In this document: in pieces, positions 1-10,077 of the stretch
How the letters are laid out: the number at the start of each line of letters is the position of its first letter
How positions within the stretch are numbered: the first letter of the stretch is position 1
Assembly: GCA_963668625.2 (NCBI GenBank)
Contig: CAXXKA010000008.1
Span: 512,001-576,000 of the forward strand
Length of the DNA: 64,000 bases
Source of the DNA: an uncultured candidate division Zixibacteria bacterium
Lineage (GTDB): Bacteria > Zixibacteria > MSB-5A5 > UBA10806 > 4484-95
Direction: 5' to 3'
The notes under the pieces: generated by a model
What the model saw: the letters and a program-made list of their open reading frames with translations, nothing else
The model's database searches: none
What the model was told of the DNA's origin: nothing
Translations under genes and position numbers: made by a program

Positions 1-1071
1 AGCCGACTCTATCCGGTAGAAATATATACCGCTGGCGTAATTATCGACGCTCCAGGTTACTCGATGCGAACCGGCCTCGTGATTTCCGGATCTCAGCCTG
101 GTCACCATATTCCCGAGCACATCATAAATACTTACCGACACATCAGCCGGTGTTGAGACCGTATATTCGATAACTGTCCTGGCATTAAACGGGTTCGGAT
201 AACTGGTGGAATACGATACCGTCTCCGGCAACACGTTTTCCGCGATTGCATTCGACGATAGCTCGATAAATTCCACGCTGTTATCGTAGAAATTCGGTAC
301 GCATAGCCTGTCGTTAAACTGATCGACATAGATATCGGCCGGACCGTCATGACCCGAGGAGACCAATGCCGGAGGATTAGTCATGGTCGAATCGTAGCTG
401 TAGCAGGCGTTATCATTCCAGGATGAAATATATATATTATAATCTGAATCACGCGTTATACCATCCAGCGAATACACGCCGGTGTTAACGACTGTTGTGG
501 CGTTACCCGAATCGAAATCTACCCCCACGATCGGGTTGCCCGGTGCGTTGACAGTCAGCACCAGAAGGCGGTTATGCAGGGTGTCACACAGTACCCCGTT
601 AGGGGCGGCGATAGTAGGTACGAAAAGCGAGCAGGTCAGGCTGCTCATCTCGACCCTGAATATCTTGTTATCCCAATAATCCGAGATATAGATATAGCCC
701 CGATTATCGTAGTCCAGGTCATTCAGCAAACCAACACTGGGAATGGGAAGATAGAAAAGCATCTCATCGCTAACGAGGCTGTAGGCCACCAGCCCGATAT
801 AGGGTTCGAGATTGGAGGCGACAAACAGCGTGTCGCGACGAGTCATCAAGCCGGCTATTCGGGTTAATGTGGTATCGAAATAGGTGTGATTACCGGCGTT
901 GTCGATCGCTACGATATTACCGTTCTCGTAGTTGGACACGAGATAACGGTCGTTGAGATTATCGTATATGACGCTTTCCGGCTGGTGAAGTAAATTTTGC
1001 CCCTGTGCCAGTTGAAAACATAGCATTATTACATAAAGGGCGATTAGTGTGAGGCGATAGATCGGTTGCAT
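1..1071 (-). CDS. Secreted beta-propeller (SMP-30/gluconolactonase-like) protein with C-terminal FlgD/T9SS-type sorting domain; 3' end runs off the window
   Basis: Not in the ORF track. Manual translation from ATG at 1071 gives MQPIYRLTLIALYVIMLCFQLAQGQNLLHQPES... (signal peptide), blade-like motifs (LNDLDYD, PNGV, LDGITRD, GPADI) and SYPNPFNARTVIEY...SGIYFYRIESA; the frame stays open to base 1. Confidence 0.8.
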   Translation of the reverse strand, partial: MQPIYRLTLIALYVIMLCFQLAQGQNLLHQPESVIYDNLNDRYLVSNYENGNIVAIDNAGNHTYFDTTLTRIAGLMTRRDTLFVASNLEPYIGLVAYSLVSDEMLFYLPIPSVGLLNDLDYDNRGYIYISDYWDNKIFRVEMSSLTCSLFVPTIAAPNGVLCDTLHNRLLVLTVNAPGNPIVGVDFDSGNATTVVNTGVYSLDGITRDSDYNIYISSWNDNACYSYDSTMTNPPALVSSGHDGPADIYVDQFNDRLCVPNFYDNSVEFIELSSNAIAENVLPETVSYSTSYPNPFNARTVIEYTVSTPADVSVSIYDVLGNMVTRLRSGNHEAGSHRVTWSVDNYASGIYFYRIESA

Positions 1072-1147
1072 ATCAAGCTCCTTGCTTAAAAATAAATAAT
1101 ATGAAACTGTTTCTATAAGCGCCTCACCTAAGCGCGGAAATTAACAG

Positions 1148-2371
1148 TTAAACCGCTAATTTTCGTACGGCCTCCCTTTTTTCTATCAGGGTTGACAGGC
1201 TTTTAATACCCTGCACGATCTGCTCCTCCGAGGGATATGAATAGTTCAGGCGCATCGTATTGGTACCCGAACCGTCATGATAGAAAGAAGAGCCGATGAC
1301 ATATGCTATATTCAACTCGATAGCATCGGTGAACATCTCCGTGGTGTTCATGTATTCGGGCAGCCTGATCCACATGAACATACCGCCGACCGGCTCCGAC
1401 CAGGACAGGCCCTCGATTTTAGGCATATACTTACCCAGAGCCTCGAACATCACTTTGGCTTTGCGTTCGTATAGCGCCTTGCTTTTCTCTATCTGTTCCT
1501 CCAGCAGTCCCTTGCCAATGATATAGGCCGCCACTATCGAGACATAGGGTGAGGTGCACAGATCGGCGCTTTGCTTGGCCACCACCAGCTTATCGATCAC
1601 CTCCGGCGGACCAACCATCCAACCCAGGCGGAACCCCGGACAGAATATTTTAGAAAACGTCTTGGTGTAAAGCACCCTGCCATCGGTATCCAATGAGTAA
1701 AGCGAGGGCAGCAACTTACCATCGAATTTGATCTCACGGTAGGGACTGTCCTCGACGATGAACAGATCATAACGTTTGGCTATCTCGAGTATCCGTTCGC
1801 GACGCTCCAACGACAGCGTTATACCCGAGGGGTTCTGGAAATCCGGAATCAGGTAAACGAATTTAGGCTTCTTACCGCGACCTATAAGCTCGTTCACCTG
1901 TTTCTCCAACAGCTCCGGGATAACACCATCGTAATCCATCTCCATGCCATGAAAATCGGCATCGAAAGTGCGGAACGCCTGTATAGCGCCCAGGTAGGTG
2001 GGCATCTCAACCAGTATCGCATCCCCCTGATCTATGAATATTTTGGCGATCAAATCGAGCCCCTGCTGGGATGAGGCGGTTATAATCATATTATCCGGGT
2101 TAACCTTCTCCCCCTGGCGACTCATGAATTTTGTCAGTTCCTCTTTCAAGAACGGATCGCCCTCGGTGGGGCCGTACTGTAATGCCAGGTTGCCTCTTTC
2201 AGCTAAAGCAGTCTCGGAGGCCTGCCGGACAGCCTCGATCGGGAATAGGCTCGGGTCTGGCAGCCCACCGGCGAATGAGATTACGCCTGGTTTATTGACA
2301 AGCTTTAATAGCTCGCGGATTTCAGAACGCTTCAAACGATTTGCCAATGAGGAAAACTCTAAATTTATCAT
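1148..2371 (-). CDS. PLP-dependent class I/II aminotransferase (2-aminoadipate transaminase LysN/ARO8-like)
   Basis: ISFAGGLPD, ALQYGPTEG, IPDFQNPSG, EDSPY, TFSKIFCPGFRLGW (PLP lysine), MRLNYS. Confidence 0.9.
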   Translation of the reverse strand: MINLEFSSLANRLKRSEIRELLKLVNKPGVISFAGGLPDPSLFPIEAVRQASETALAERGNLALQYGPTEGDPFLKEELTKFMSRQGEKVNPDNMIITASSQQGLDLIAKIFIDQGDAILVEMPTYLGAIQAFRTFDADFHGMEMDYDGVIPELLEKQVNELIGRGKKPKFVYLIPDFQNPSGITLSLERRERILEIAKRYDLFIVEDSPYREIKFDGKLLPSLYSLDTDGRVLYTKTFSKIFCPGFRLGWMVGPPEVIDKLVVAKQSADLCTSPYVSIVAAYIIGKGLLEEQIEKSKALYERKAKVMFEALGKYMPKIEGLSWSEPVGGMFMWIRLPEYMNTTEMFTDAIELNIAYVIGSSFYHDGSGTNTMRLNYSYPSEEQIVQGIKSLSTLIEKREAVRKLAV

Positions 2372-2549
2372 TGCCTCACTCCTCGTTAAGTGTGATATTG
2401 TTTACTATTCTATTTACTAATATAGTGTTTTTTGTAATAGTGTTTCGATATATTATGTACTAATGACAATAAAGTGCCGGTTGTCCTATATATGGATTAT
2501 CGCATAAATATCTTGTGATTGCAAGGTTTATTAAATATATTGTAATACT

Positions 2550-3938
2550 ATGACAAAGATATGGATGCCTGAAATACAAAGTGATGATTCCCCGCTGTAC
2601 CTTTCTATCACAAAGGCTCTGGCGGAGGATATATCCTCGGGTAAGTTGCAGCGAGATATGCGTTTACCTACTCATCGAGAGTTGGCCTACCAGATGAATG
2701 TAGCGTTAGGGACAATCACCCGTGCCTATATAGAGGCGGAAAAGCGCGGCCTGATAAGATCGGAGGGCCGGCGTGGAACATTCGTGGGCAAGGCCAAGCA
2801 GGATAGATCACTTCTGGCGCAGCTTACCAATGTTGGTTCCAGGATGATCAATTTTAGCCACAATCATCCCTCGTATGCCGATGATCCCGATATATTGCCG
2901 GTACTTAAGGAGCTTGCTCAAAGCGCGGCCTCGCAGCGGCTTTTGGAATATCCGCCCTCGCCGGGATTCCCCGATCATCGAGAAGCCGGCGCCAGATGGT
3001 TAGCCGAGCTGGGTTATCATGCCGATCCTGATTCGATTATCATAACAGGCGGCTCGCAGCATGCCTTTAATATCATCATAGGGGGAGTGACCAATCGCGA
3101 GGATATACTCCTTACCGATATCTACACATATCCCGGCATGAAAGCCGTAGCCGAGCTTTACGGTATTCATCTGCTCGGAGTGAATTTCGATAAAGAGGGT
3201 ATGATGCCCGATGCCATCGAAACACTATGTAACCAGAAAAGCGTTCGGGCGTTATACCTGAACCCAACGCTTCATAACCCGACCAGTATTATCTATTCCG
3301 AACAGCGGCGTAAGGAGATTGCCGAGCTGGCGATCAAATACGATTTCCTGATATTCGAGGATGAGATACTACGGCCACTGGTTGATAATCCTCCGCCGTT
3401 TGCCTCGGATTTCGCCCCGGATAGAAGTTTTGTCATGATGTCCGCCTCGAAAACAATTGCCGCCGGTTTGCGCGTTGGTTATTTAACCGCGCCGCCCAAA
3501 TACCGTCAATTGGTAATAGATAGCCTGCAAACCTCGATACTATCGATAGCGCCGTTGTGCGCCGAGATACTCACTCGCTGGATTAATGACGGGACGGCCG
3601 CGAAAGTTATCGCCCGCCGAAAAAAAGAAATGATCAGTCGCCAGAAAGCAGCTATTAAAATCATGGGGCGATACGATATCCTTACCAATACCAACAGCCA
3701 GCATATATGGCTTAACCTGCCGGATATCTGGACAGGCAGCCAGTTTGCTTTCGAGGCTTATCGCAGAGGCGTGGCTCTCACACCCAGCGAAATATTCGCC
3801 GTACGTCGCGATTTACCCTCCAACGCCGTTCGTATCTCTTTAGCCTCCGTGGCGAATATCGAGATCATGAAACAGGGTTTACAGATTATCGCCAGCATTC
3901 TCGAGGGCACACCGCTTCAGGATTCAGCTACCGTCTAA
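2550..3938 (+). CDS. MocR/GabR-family (GntR wHTH + aminotransferase-like) transcriptional regulator
   Basis: N-terminal RLPTHRELA...GTITRAY...GRRGTFV wHTH; PTLHNPT and SKTIAAGLRVGY; divergent from the aminotransferase. Confidence 0.9.
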   Translation: MTKIWMPEIQSDDSPLYLSITKALAEDISSGKLQRDMRLPTHRELAYQMNVALGTITRAYIEAEKRGLIRSEGRRGTFVGKAKQDRSLLAQLTNVGSRMINFSHNHPSYADDPDILPVLKELAQSAASQRLLEYPPSPGFPDHREAGARWLAELGYHADPDSIIITGGSQHAFNIIIGGVTNREDILLTDIYTYPGMKAVAELYGIHLLGVNFDKEGMMPDAIETLCNQKSVRALYLNPTLHNPTSIIYSEQRRKEIAELAIKYDFLIFEDEILRPLVDNPPPFASDFAPDRSFVMMSASKTIAAGLRVGYLTAPPKYRQLVIDSLQTSILSIAPLCAEILTRWINDGTAAKVIARRKKEMISRQKAAIKIMGRYDILTNTNSQHIWLNLPDIWTGSQFAFEAYRRGVALTPSEIFAVRRDLPSNAVRISLASVANIEIMKQGLQIIASILEGTPLQDSATV

Positions 3939-3981
3939 ATCGAATTATTACTAAAATAATCATCTATTATAATATAAATCA

Positions 3982-4063
3982 GTGGCTGGCAGACATCCTC
4001 GTCTGCTGCCCTCACCACCTCACATCTGCTGCTAAGGGGCACACGCGGATGCCTGCCGCCCAT
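3982..4063. repeat. Inverted pair of REP-like palindromes
   Basis: GTGGCTGGCAGACATCCTCGTCTGC (3982-4006) and an inverted degenerate copy (4038-4063, reverse complement ATGGGCGGCAGGCATCCGCGTGTGCC) between convergent genes. Confidence 0.5.
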
Positions 4064-4093
4064 AAAATTATTGCAAGAAACACCATCTACCCT

Positions 4094-4131
4094 AAAAAAA
4101 ACGCGGATATTCGAACGAGTATCCGCGTTTA
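4094..4131 (-). terminator. Rho-independent terminator of the 4155-6449 gene
   Basis: AAACGCGGATA/TATCCGCGTTT stem followed by a T-run on the minus strand. Confidence 0.75.
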
Positions 4132-4154
4132 GAATTGTCTTTAAATTAAATCGG

Positions 4155-6449
4155 CTATTTCAGAAGCATCATCTTTTTGGTTTCCGAGAAATTGTCGGTA
4201 ACCAGTTTGTAGAAATACATACCCGAGGGTACCGATGACGCGTTCCAGGTTATCTTATGATATCCGGCTGCCATAACGCCGTTTTCGATCTGCTTGACCA
4301 GCCTACCTTGCGTGTCGTAGATATAAATGTTGGCGGAGGAGGCTTGCGGCAAGTTGAACTCGATCGTAGTCGTAGCGTTAAACGGGTTCGGATAGTTCTG
4401 AGCCAGCATGTATTCAGTCGGAATCGGCGCGTTATCATCAACGCCGCTTTGACCGAAGTGAAGCCTGTTGAAATATTGTCCAACCTCGTAGACTACTACA
4501 CCGTCGGTATCGGCTGCGTTCGAGGCACCCTGTATCTGATCGATACCGGCTTCGAAAGCCTCAAAAGTTTGCTGGGCGAAATCATTATTGTAAACTGATT
4601 TCATTTTGAATGTTGCAACCATAGATGGTGTAGGGCTATTGATTGCCGGGCTCTCATATGGAGGCATTAACTCTCGGAATGCTACTAAAGATTCGGTAAA
4701 CCATCCATCACGGTATTCATATATTGGATTAAAATAAACGGCATCCCATTCGGATAGGGGATAATGATACTCGGCTTCATTAGCGTTTAACGAGCTGTCC
4801 ACGTAGGTATTGTCATACCCAAGAGCTATCATGATATCGCCGATATAAACATCCGCATCGGTGTAAATATATACATCAACATCGAAAGGCTGGCCGATTT
4901 CGGTATCGATCGGTATTTGCTCCAAATTGCCATACCAGACGAAAACCTCCTGAGTGTAACCGGTGGTGAAATGCCACAAACCTCCGGCAGTGGAATCGCC
5001 CTCGGTATCGTAAGCGACTACTTTCCAGTAGTAAGTAGTCAGGTATTCCATATCGCCGGGCTCATAAAGCGGATCGCTTATCATATTGCCGACAAGTTCA
5101 GGTTCTTCCGAGGTACCGAAATATATATTGTACCTTAACTGATCACCATCGGGATCACTGCAGATCCAGGAAAGTATGGCGTCGGTTCCGATACTGTAAG
5201 CGCCGCTATCCGGTGCGTTATGGTTGGCGTCGATTACAGGAACGTCCGGCGGATTGTTAGTTTCGAATAATGTCGAGAAATTCCAGAGATCGCCGACCGT
5301 GGAATCGCCCTCGGTATCATAAGCGACTATGTTCCAGTAGTAAGTAGTTTCATACTCTAAATCTTCTTCGAAAGTAACACTGTTTTCCGTAATATGCTCT
5401 CTGATCAATGCTAGATCGCTTTGATCAACTCCAAAATATACGTTGTAATCCAGGTCGTCACCATCGGGATCAGAACAAGACCATTCTATTTCGATGTCCA
5501 GCGCCACTCCGGTCTGATCATTGGATGGATTGGGATCGGCGGGTGCATTTGGCGGATTATTCGGCACCACGCCTGTAGTAAAAGACCACTCTGGCCCATC
5601 GGTCGATTCGAAGTAATTGTCGGTAGCAACTATTTTCCAATAGTGAGTGGTATTTTCTGGCAGATCGGGTAACTCGAAAGATTCGGTTGTTATGTCTGAG
5701 GCGTAGAGCTCAGGATCTGTCACCGTACCGAAATACAAGTCGTAAGTCAGGATATTGCCCGCGTTGGGATCCGTGCAAACCCATGATAAATCGACGTCAA
5801 CAGGCTGATCGATAGCGCCATTGGCCGGCGAGGGTTCCGAAGGTTCGTTCGGCGGGTCATTCGGCGGAGGTTCGCCAAACTGCAGAAGGCAGAAATGCTC
5901 CATGACCTGGTAAGTAATAGTACCGCTGGTATCGCTGGCATTGGTCGGCCCCTGAAGATTGTCCTCACCGTAACCGAATGCTTCATAAACATTATTATTG
6001 TAATCGGGATTGGTTACGCTTCTCATACGCATGGTTATAACACGGGTGGGAACATCAAAATGAAGCGCAGGGCTAACCCAGGGGGGGAATAATTCACTGA
6101 ATCCCTGGAAAGGTTCGGTAAACCAACCATCCTGATACTCCTGAACCGATAAGAAAAACGCACCGTCCCATTCATTGAGAGGATAATACAAAGTAGCGTT
6201 TTCAGCATTCAGCAATGTATCGATATATAACATGTTGGCGCCGGGGCATAAAACCATACTTCCGATAGCAACATCGTCTTCCGTCTGGATGTAAATATCG
6301 AAATCGAATTCCTGGCCGATTTCGGTTTCTATCGGTTCACCATCCGGATTGCCGTACCAGATATCAACCTGTTCGGCATTCACTCCAGCCGCGAACAGCA
6401 GCAGGAATAAAGATAAAGCAGTAATTACTGCCTTGTTTCCGCGATACAT
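4155..6449 (-). CDS. Secreted modular protein: cohesin-like domain, 3 fibronectin type III repeats, second cohesin-like domain, FlgD/T9SS-type sorting domain
   Basis: ATG at 6449 with AAGGAG SD; signal peptide; three FN3 repeats (W.C.DP..D.L.Y..YFG...Y.TTYYW..VA.D); duplicated ~165 aa domain starting WYGN...I.TEIGQ.F..D.YI; C-terminal LAQNYPNPFN...KKMMLLK. Confidence 0.8.
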   Translation of the reverse strand: MYRGNKAVITALSLFLLLFAAGVNAEQVDIWYGNPDGEPIETEIGQEFDFDIYIQTEDDVAIGSMVLCPGANMLYIDTLLNAENATLYYPLNEWDGAFFLSVQEYQDGWFTEPFQGFSELFPPWVSPALHFDVPTRVITMRMRSVTNPDYNNNVYEAFGYGEDNLQGPTNASDTSGTITYQVMEHFCLLQFGEPPPNDPPNEPSEPSPANGAIDQPVDVDLSWVCTDPNAGNILTYDLYFGTVTDPELYASDITTESFELPDLPENTTHYWKIVATDNYFESTDGPEWSFTTGVVPNNPPNAPADPNPSNDQTGVALDIEIEWSCSDPDGDDLDYNVYFGVDQSDLALIREHITENSVTFEEDLEYETTYYWNIVAYDTEGDSTVGDLWNFSTLFETNNPPDVPVIDANHNAPDSGAYSIGTDAILSWICSDPDGDQLRYNIYFGTSEEPELVGNMISDPLYEPGDMEYLTTYYWKVVAYDTEGDSTAGGLWHFTTGYTQEVFVWYGNLEQIPIDTEIGQPFDVDVYIYTDADVYIGDIMIALGYDNTYVDSSLNANEAEYHYPLSEWDAVYFNPIYEYRDGWFTESLVAFRELMPPYESPAINSPTPSMVATFKMKSVYNNDFAQQTFEAFEAGIDQIQGASNAADTDGVVVYEVGQYFNRLHFGQSGVDDNAPIPTEYMLAQNYPNPFNATTTIEFNLPQASSANIYIYDTQGRLVKQIENGVMAAGYHKITWNASSVPSGMYFYKLVTDNFSETKKMMLLK

Positions 6450-6979
6450 CTTTTCTCCTTTGTTAAAGTAAACCATCGTTAATTTTCTATTTAAATTTTC
6501 ATTGTGATATTCGGATTTTATTCAGGCTTTATATACTTCTCTAAAGCCTAATGATTAACTTCTACCACTAGCTAATAATTCGCTCGATTCGTTTTCGAGA
6601 GCGGATACGTACAAGCAGGCTTGTTATAGCCGATTGGCTGAATATGAGATGTAAATAATAAATTTCTCATTATTCGGTTTTACTGTTTTTAAAATACTAA
6701 TTAATAGCCCCTCAGCTATATTCCTAAAATATATTATTCTTAATATAAGTCAAGATATAATCACACTTCAACCGCAAATATAATTATTAACCTTACTGCA
6801 TATTCAAAGTAATTTAAAGCTCTATTTAATAAAAATGTTTTAATTAAAATTAAGTTTTCATGATATGATTATCAGTTTTCCAAAAGCCTGATCTCCAATA
6901 AATATACATAACGCAGTATCCCATTGATATACAGCCGGTTACGCTACCACTCAATTGCATTCCCGGCGTACCTCACATT

Positions 6980-8065
6980 TCATTTCGGGGTTCTGTAAGC
7001 GATCGAATTGATATTCATGCCGGCGCCCACGGAGGCGAAAACCAGGATGTCATCGCCATTACTGCCGTAATTTTCTATCTTGTTATTCATCAGCATGTCC
7101 AATAAAGTTGGCAATGTGGCTACCGAACTATTTCCCAGACGTGAGATTATCATCGGCATAACATATGTTGGGATATCTTTACAAGCATATAACTTATAAA
7201 TACGCTTTAAGATAGCCTCATCCATCTTAGCGTTTGCCTGATGTATCAGGACATTGGTTACATCATTGATACTTAATCCGGCTTTATCGAGGCACTCCTT
7301 AACCACCTTCGGCACATTACTGATAGCATACTGGTATAATTTATGGCCGTTCATTTTCAGATATAATTCGTTGCCTTCATGATTTTTGTTATACGAATCC
7401 CCCATCCACAGAAGGTATGCGTGTTCGATCGTATCGGAACGCATGGCGTGCGATAATATACCGACAGGTTTTTCGCTTTCCATTACCTCTAATATGGTCG
7501 CGCCGGCGCCATCCGAATAAATCATGCCGTCCCGATCATGCGGATCGCTTATTCGCGAGAGGGTTTCCGCGCCGATCACCATAACCCTCAGGGCATCCCC
7601 GGATTTGATATAGTAATTAGCCTGAATAACTCCCTGAAGCCATCCGGGGCAACCGAATGGTAAATCGTAAGCTATGGTTTTGGGATTAACGATACCCAGC
7701 TTATGTTTGATTCTGGCGGCCAGCGTGGGCACGAAATCCGATCGTCTGTTATCGCTTTTAATATCTCCGAAATTATGGGCGACAATGATGTAGTCCAGCG
7801 TTTCTTTATCGATACCCGATGATTCTATAGCGCGTTCGGCGGCTATAAAACCGATATCTGAGGTGACCAGATCATCACTCACATAGCGGCGTTCGGCAAT
7901 TCCGGTTATTTCCTCGAGTTTGTTAATTATCTCTTCGTTGGATTTACCGAATTGGCTGCCGTCGGTATCGTAAAATTCGGAGTTTAAGAAAATATTGTTC
8001 GCTACCGTTCTCTCAGGGATATAGCTTCCCGTTCCGGTAATAATAGTGTATCTATCTTGTCCCAT
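6980..8065 (-). CDS. fabH: 3-oxoacyl-ACP synthase III (FabH family)
   Basis: ITGTGSYIP, TGIAERR, catalytic Cys (FGCPGW), His (IHQAN), Asn (LGNSS), SVGAG. Confidence 0.85.
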   Translation of the reverse strand: MGQDRYTIITGTGSYIPERTVANNIFLNSEFYDTDGSQFGKSNEEIINKLEEITGIAERRYVSDDLVTSDIGFIAAERAIESSGIDKETLDYIIVAHNFGDIKSDNRRSDFVPTLAARIKHKLGIVNPKTIAYDLPFGCPGWLQGVIQANYYIKSGDALRVMVIGAETLSRISDPHDRDGMIYSDGAGATILEVMESEKPVGILSHAMRSDTIEHAYLLWMGDSYNKNHEGNELYLKMNGHKLYQYAISNVPKVVKECLDKAGLSINDVTNVLIHQANAKMDEAILKRIYKLYACKDIPTYVMPMIISRLGNSSVATLPTLLDMLMNNKIENYGSNGDDILVFASVGAGMNINSIAYRTPK

Positions 8066-8298
8066 TCATCATCCTAAATTACTCGATTATAGTTTCAGAA
8101 ACTATAATAATTAATAATTTGATATGCAATATCAAAGTGTAAACTTTAATGCTTATCATGCCCTGATTTGCATATGTATCAATATATAGAATCAGGAGCA
8201 GGTTTAAAAGTTCCCGTAGTAGGTAAGCCTATACGTTGCTTACGATAATATATTAGAATGTCCAGCAAAACGAAATTATAATATGCGAATCAAAACCA

Positions 8299-9951
8299 CT
8301 ATTCACAGTTGCCATCTACAGGGGATGGCCCTGTTCCATGGAAATAGTTACGCAGGTAGGTAATATCCGCCCCCGATATCTCGCAATCGCCATTAGCATC
8401 CCCGGCATAATAGGGTTCGGGCTCCGGCCTCTCGCCGGCCAGGTAGCGCACCAGGTAGGTCAAGTCGGAACCCAGCACCTCGCCGTTACCATTAGCGTCC
8501 CCCGGGACAAAATAGGAGCCTTCAGCTTCAATGGTTATCGTGGTGGTAGTAGATGATGGCAGATTGAATTCGACATAGCATTTCGATACGGAGCCGTTTG
8601 ATACCACCTGCTTGAGCTCTCCGTAGCTAACCCTGAACGTATCCGCCAACGGCATATTGAACACGACCCGGGCATGATCAAACTCGAAATCGTAGCCGTT
8701 ATAAATCGAGGCTGTTACCTCATCGCTGGAGCCATCGTTGACGGGTGAGTAATTGGTAGTCAGGCTCTGCCCTGATGAGCCGGCGCTGAAAGCAAGCAGT
8801 GGATGAAAACCGTTCTGGTCATAATGAATTACCCGAAAACTTCTCGCCCCGTCACAGACATTGTCCGTGGCCAGGTTGTACGGGTAGGTATCTATCGAGC
8901 CCTGGTTATAATGAATATGCCCGTAAAGATTCAAATCGATTCCCAGCCCATCGATATCCAGGCCGCCGTTGAAATCGTAATGGATGAAAGTCGCCAGATC
9001 CTTGTTTGCAGGCGTAGACGAGACAACATCGTTAAGCCACTGCCTTTGAAGCATCGTGAAACTTTCGACACCGTAAATCCATGATCGCCAGCCGTCATAA
9101 TTATCGTACGCTTCCAGCTCGATAAATCTGATATTGCCGTAGTCGAAATAGTAATCCTGGGTGTATGGTCCCGGCCCCGTGGTCTGATCGAGATATTTCC
9201 AACCGAAGAATTTCCACCAATCGCGGCGGGCCGTGCCATCCTCCGGAGGAGTATCATCCCAGCCGCCCAGGTCATGATTGCCCGCTCCAACGAAGACCGG
9301 TATCGTGAAATTCGAGATGATATTTTTTGAACGCGAGTAACATCTTAAATCCATGTAATCCTCTAGTTCACCCTCGTTGACAACATCCCCGGTAAACAAA
9401 ACGAACTCAGGATTGAGAATCTCGAAATCATGAACCAACGACCATAAATCGGCCATGGCCGAGGTATCTGTCAGGCCGCCATCCTCATAGTGGTATATAT
9501 GCGTCGGCATGTGCGTATCGGTAATATGGATGAAATAGAAATCAGTCCGATAATGATCGATTACCTTAACCGAATGTTTCGTTGTATCATCAATACCCTC
9601 GGATGTTATATGAAGGTCGTACAATTCATAAGGAATACCCGCCGGCGCCGTTGCTATAATCAGCCATCTGTTGGCGCCCTCCAGGTAGTATGCGCCGTCA
9701 ATAGGTAGATCGTACGAGAGGTCATCAAGCAGAAGTTCTCCCTGCCAGGTTTCCTGGGATTCGCCGGCCTCGACCTCGATATTGAAAGTATGAGTTGCCG
9801 GTACGATTGAGGGGATATTTACTATTGGTCTCAGGATATATGTAAGCGTATCGCCAATAGGATATTGAGCGTTCGAGTGCGAAGTAAATACCAGTGAAAA
9901 TATAGCAACCAGGAAAAGCAATTTAAATTGGTACTTATTTAACATATTCAT
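8299..9951 (-). CDS. Secreted calcineurin-like metallophosphoesterase with C-terminal dockerin-type domain
   Basis: Signal peptide; TDTH, TGDVV, GNHD, GHIH motifs; C-terminal duplicated GDANG...DLTYL / GDANGDC...DITYL. Confidence 0.85.
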   Translation of the reverse strand: MNMLNKYQFKLLFLVAIFSLVFTSHSNAQYPIGDTLTYILRPIVNIPSIVPATHTFNIEVEAGESQETWQGELLLDDLSYDLPIDGAYYLEGANRWLIIATAPAGIPYELYDLHITSEGIDDTTKHSVKVIDHYRTDFYFIHITDTHMPTHIYHYEDGGLTDTSAMADLWSLVHDFEILNPEFVLFTGDVVNEGELEDYMDLRCYSRSKNIISNFTIPVFVGAGNHDLGGWDDTPPEDGTARRDWWKFFGWKYLDQTTGPGPYTQDYYFDYGNIRFIELEAYDNYDGWRSWIYGVESFTMLQRQWLNDVVSSTPANKDLATFIHYDFNGGLDIDGLGIDLNLYGHIHYNQGSIDTYPYNLATDNVCDGARSFRVIHYDQNGFHPLLAFSAGSSGQSLTTNYSPVNDGSSDEVTASIYNGYDFEFDHARVVFNMPLADTFRVSYGELKQVVSNGSVSKCYVEFNLPSSTTTTITIEAEGSYFVPGDANGNGEVLGSDLTYLVRYLAGERPEPEPYYAGDANGDCEISGADITYLRNYFHGTGPSPVDGNCE

Positions 9952-10077
9952 GTATAGGAATATAATATAAAACGTATCATATGCAACACCTTAATTGACA
10001 ATGAATTTCATCTTGAGTAAAAGAGTGTAAATTAATGTAGCGTTAATCGTTAAATTGAGCTGACCTGTAACTGGATA

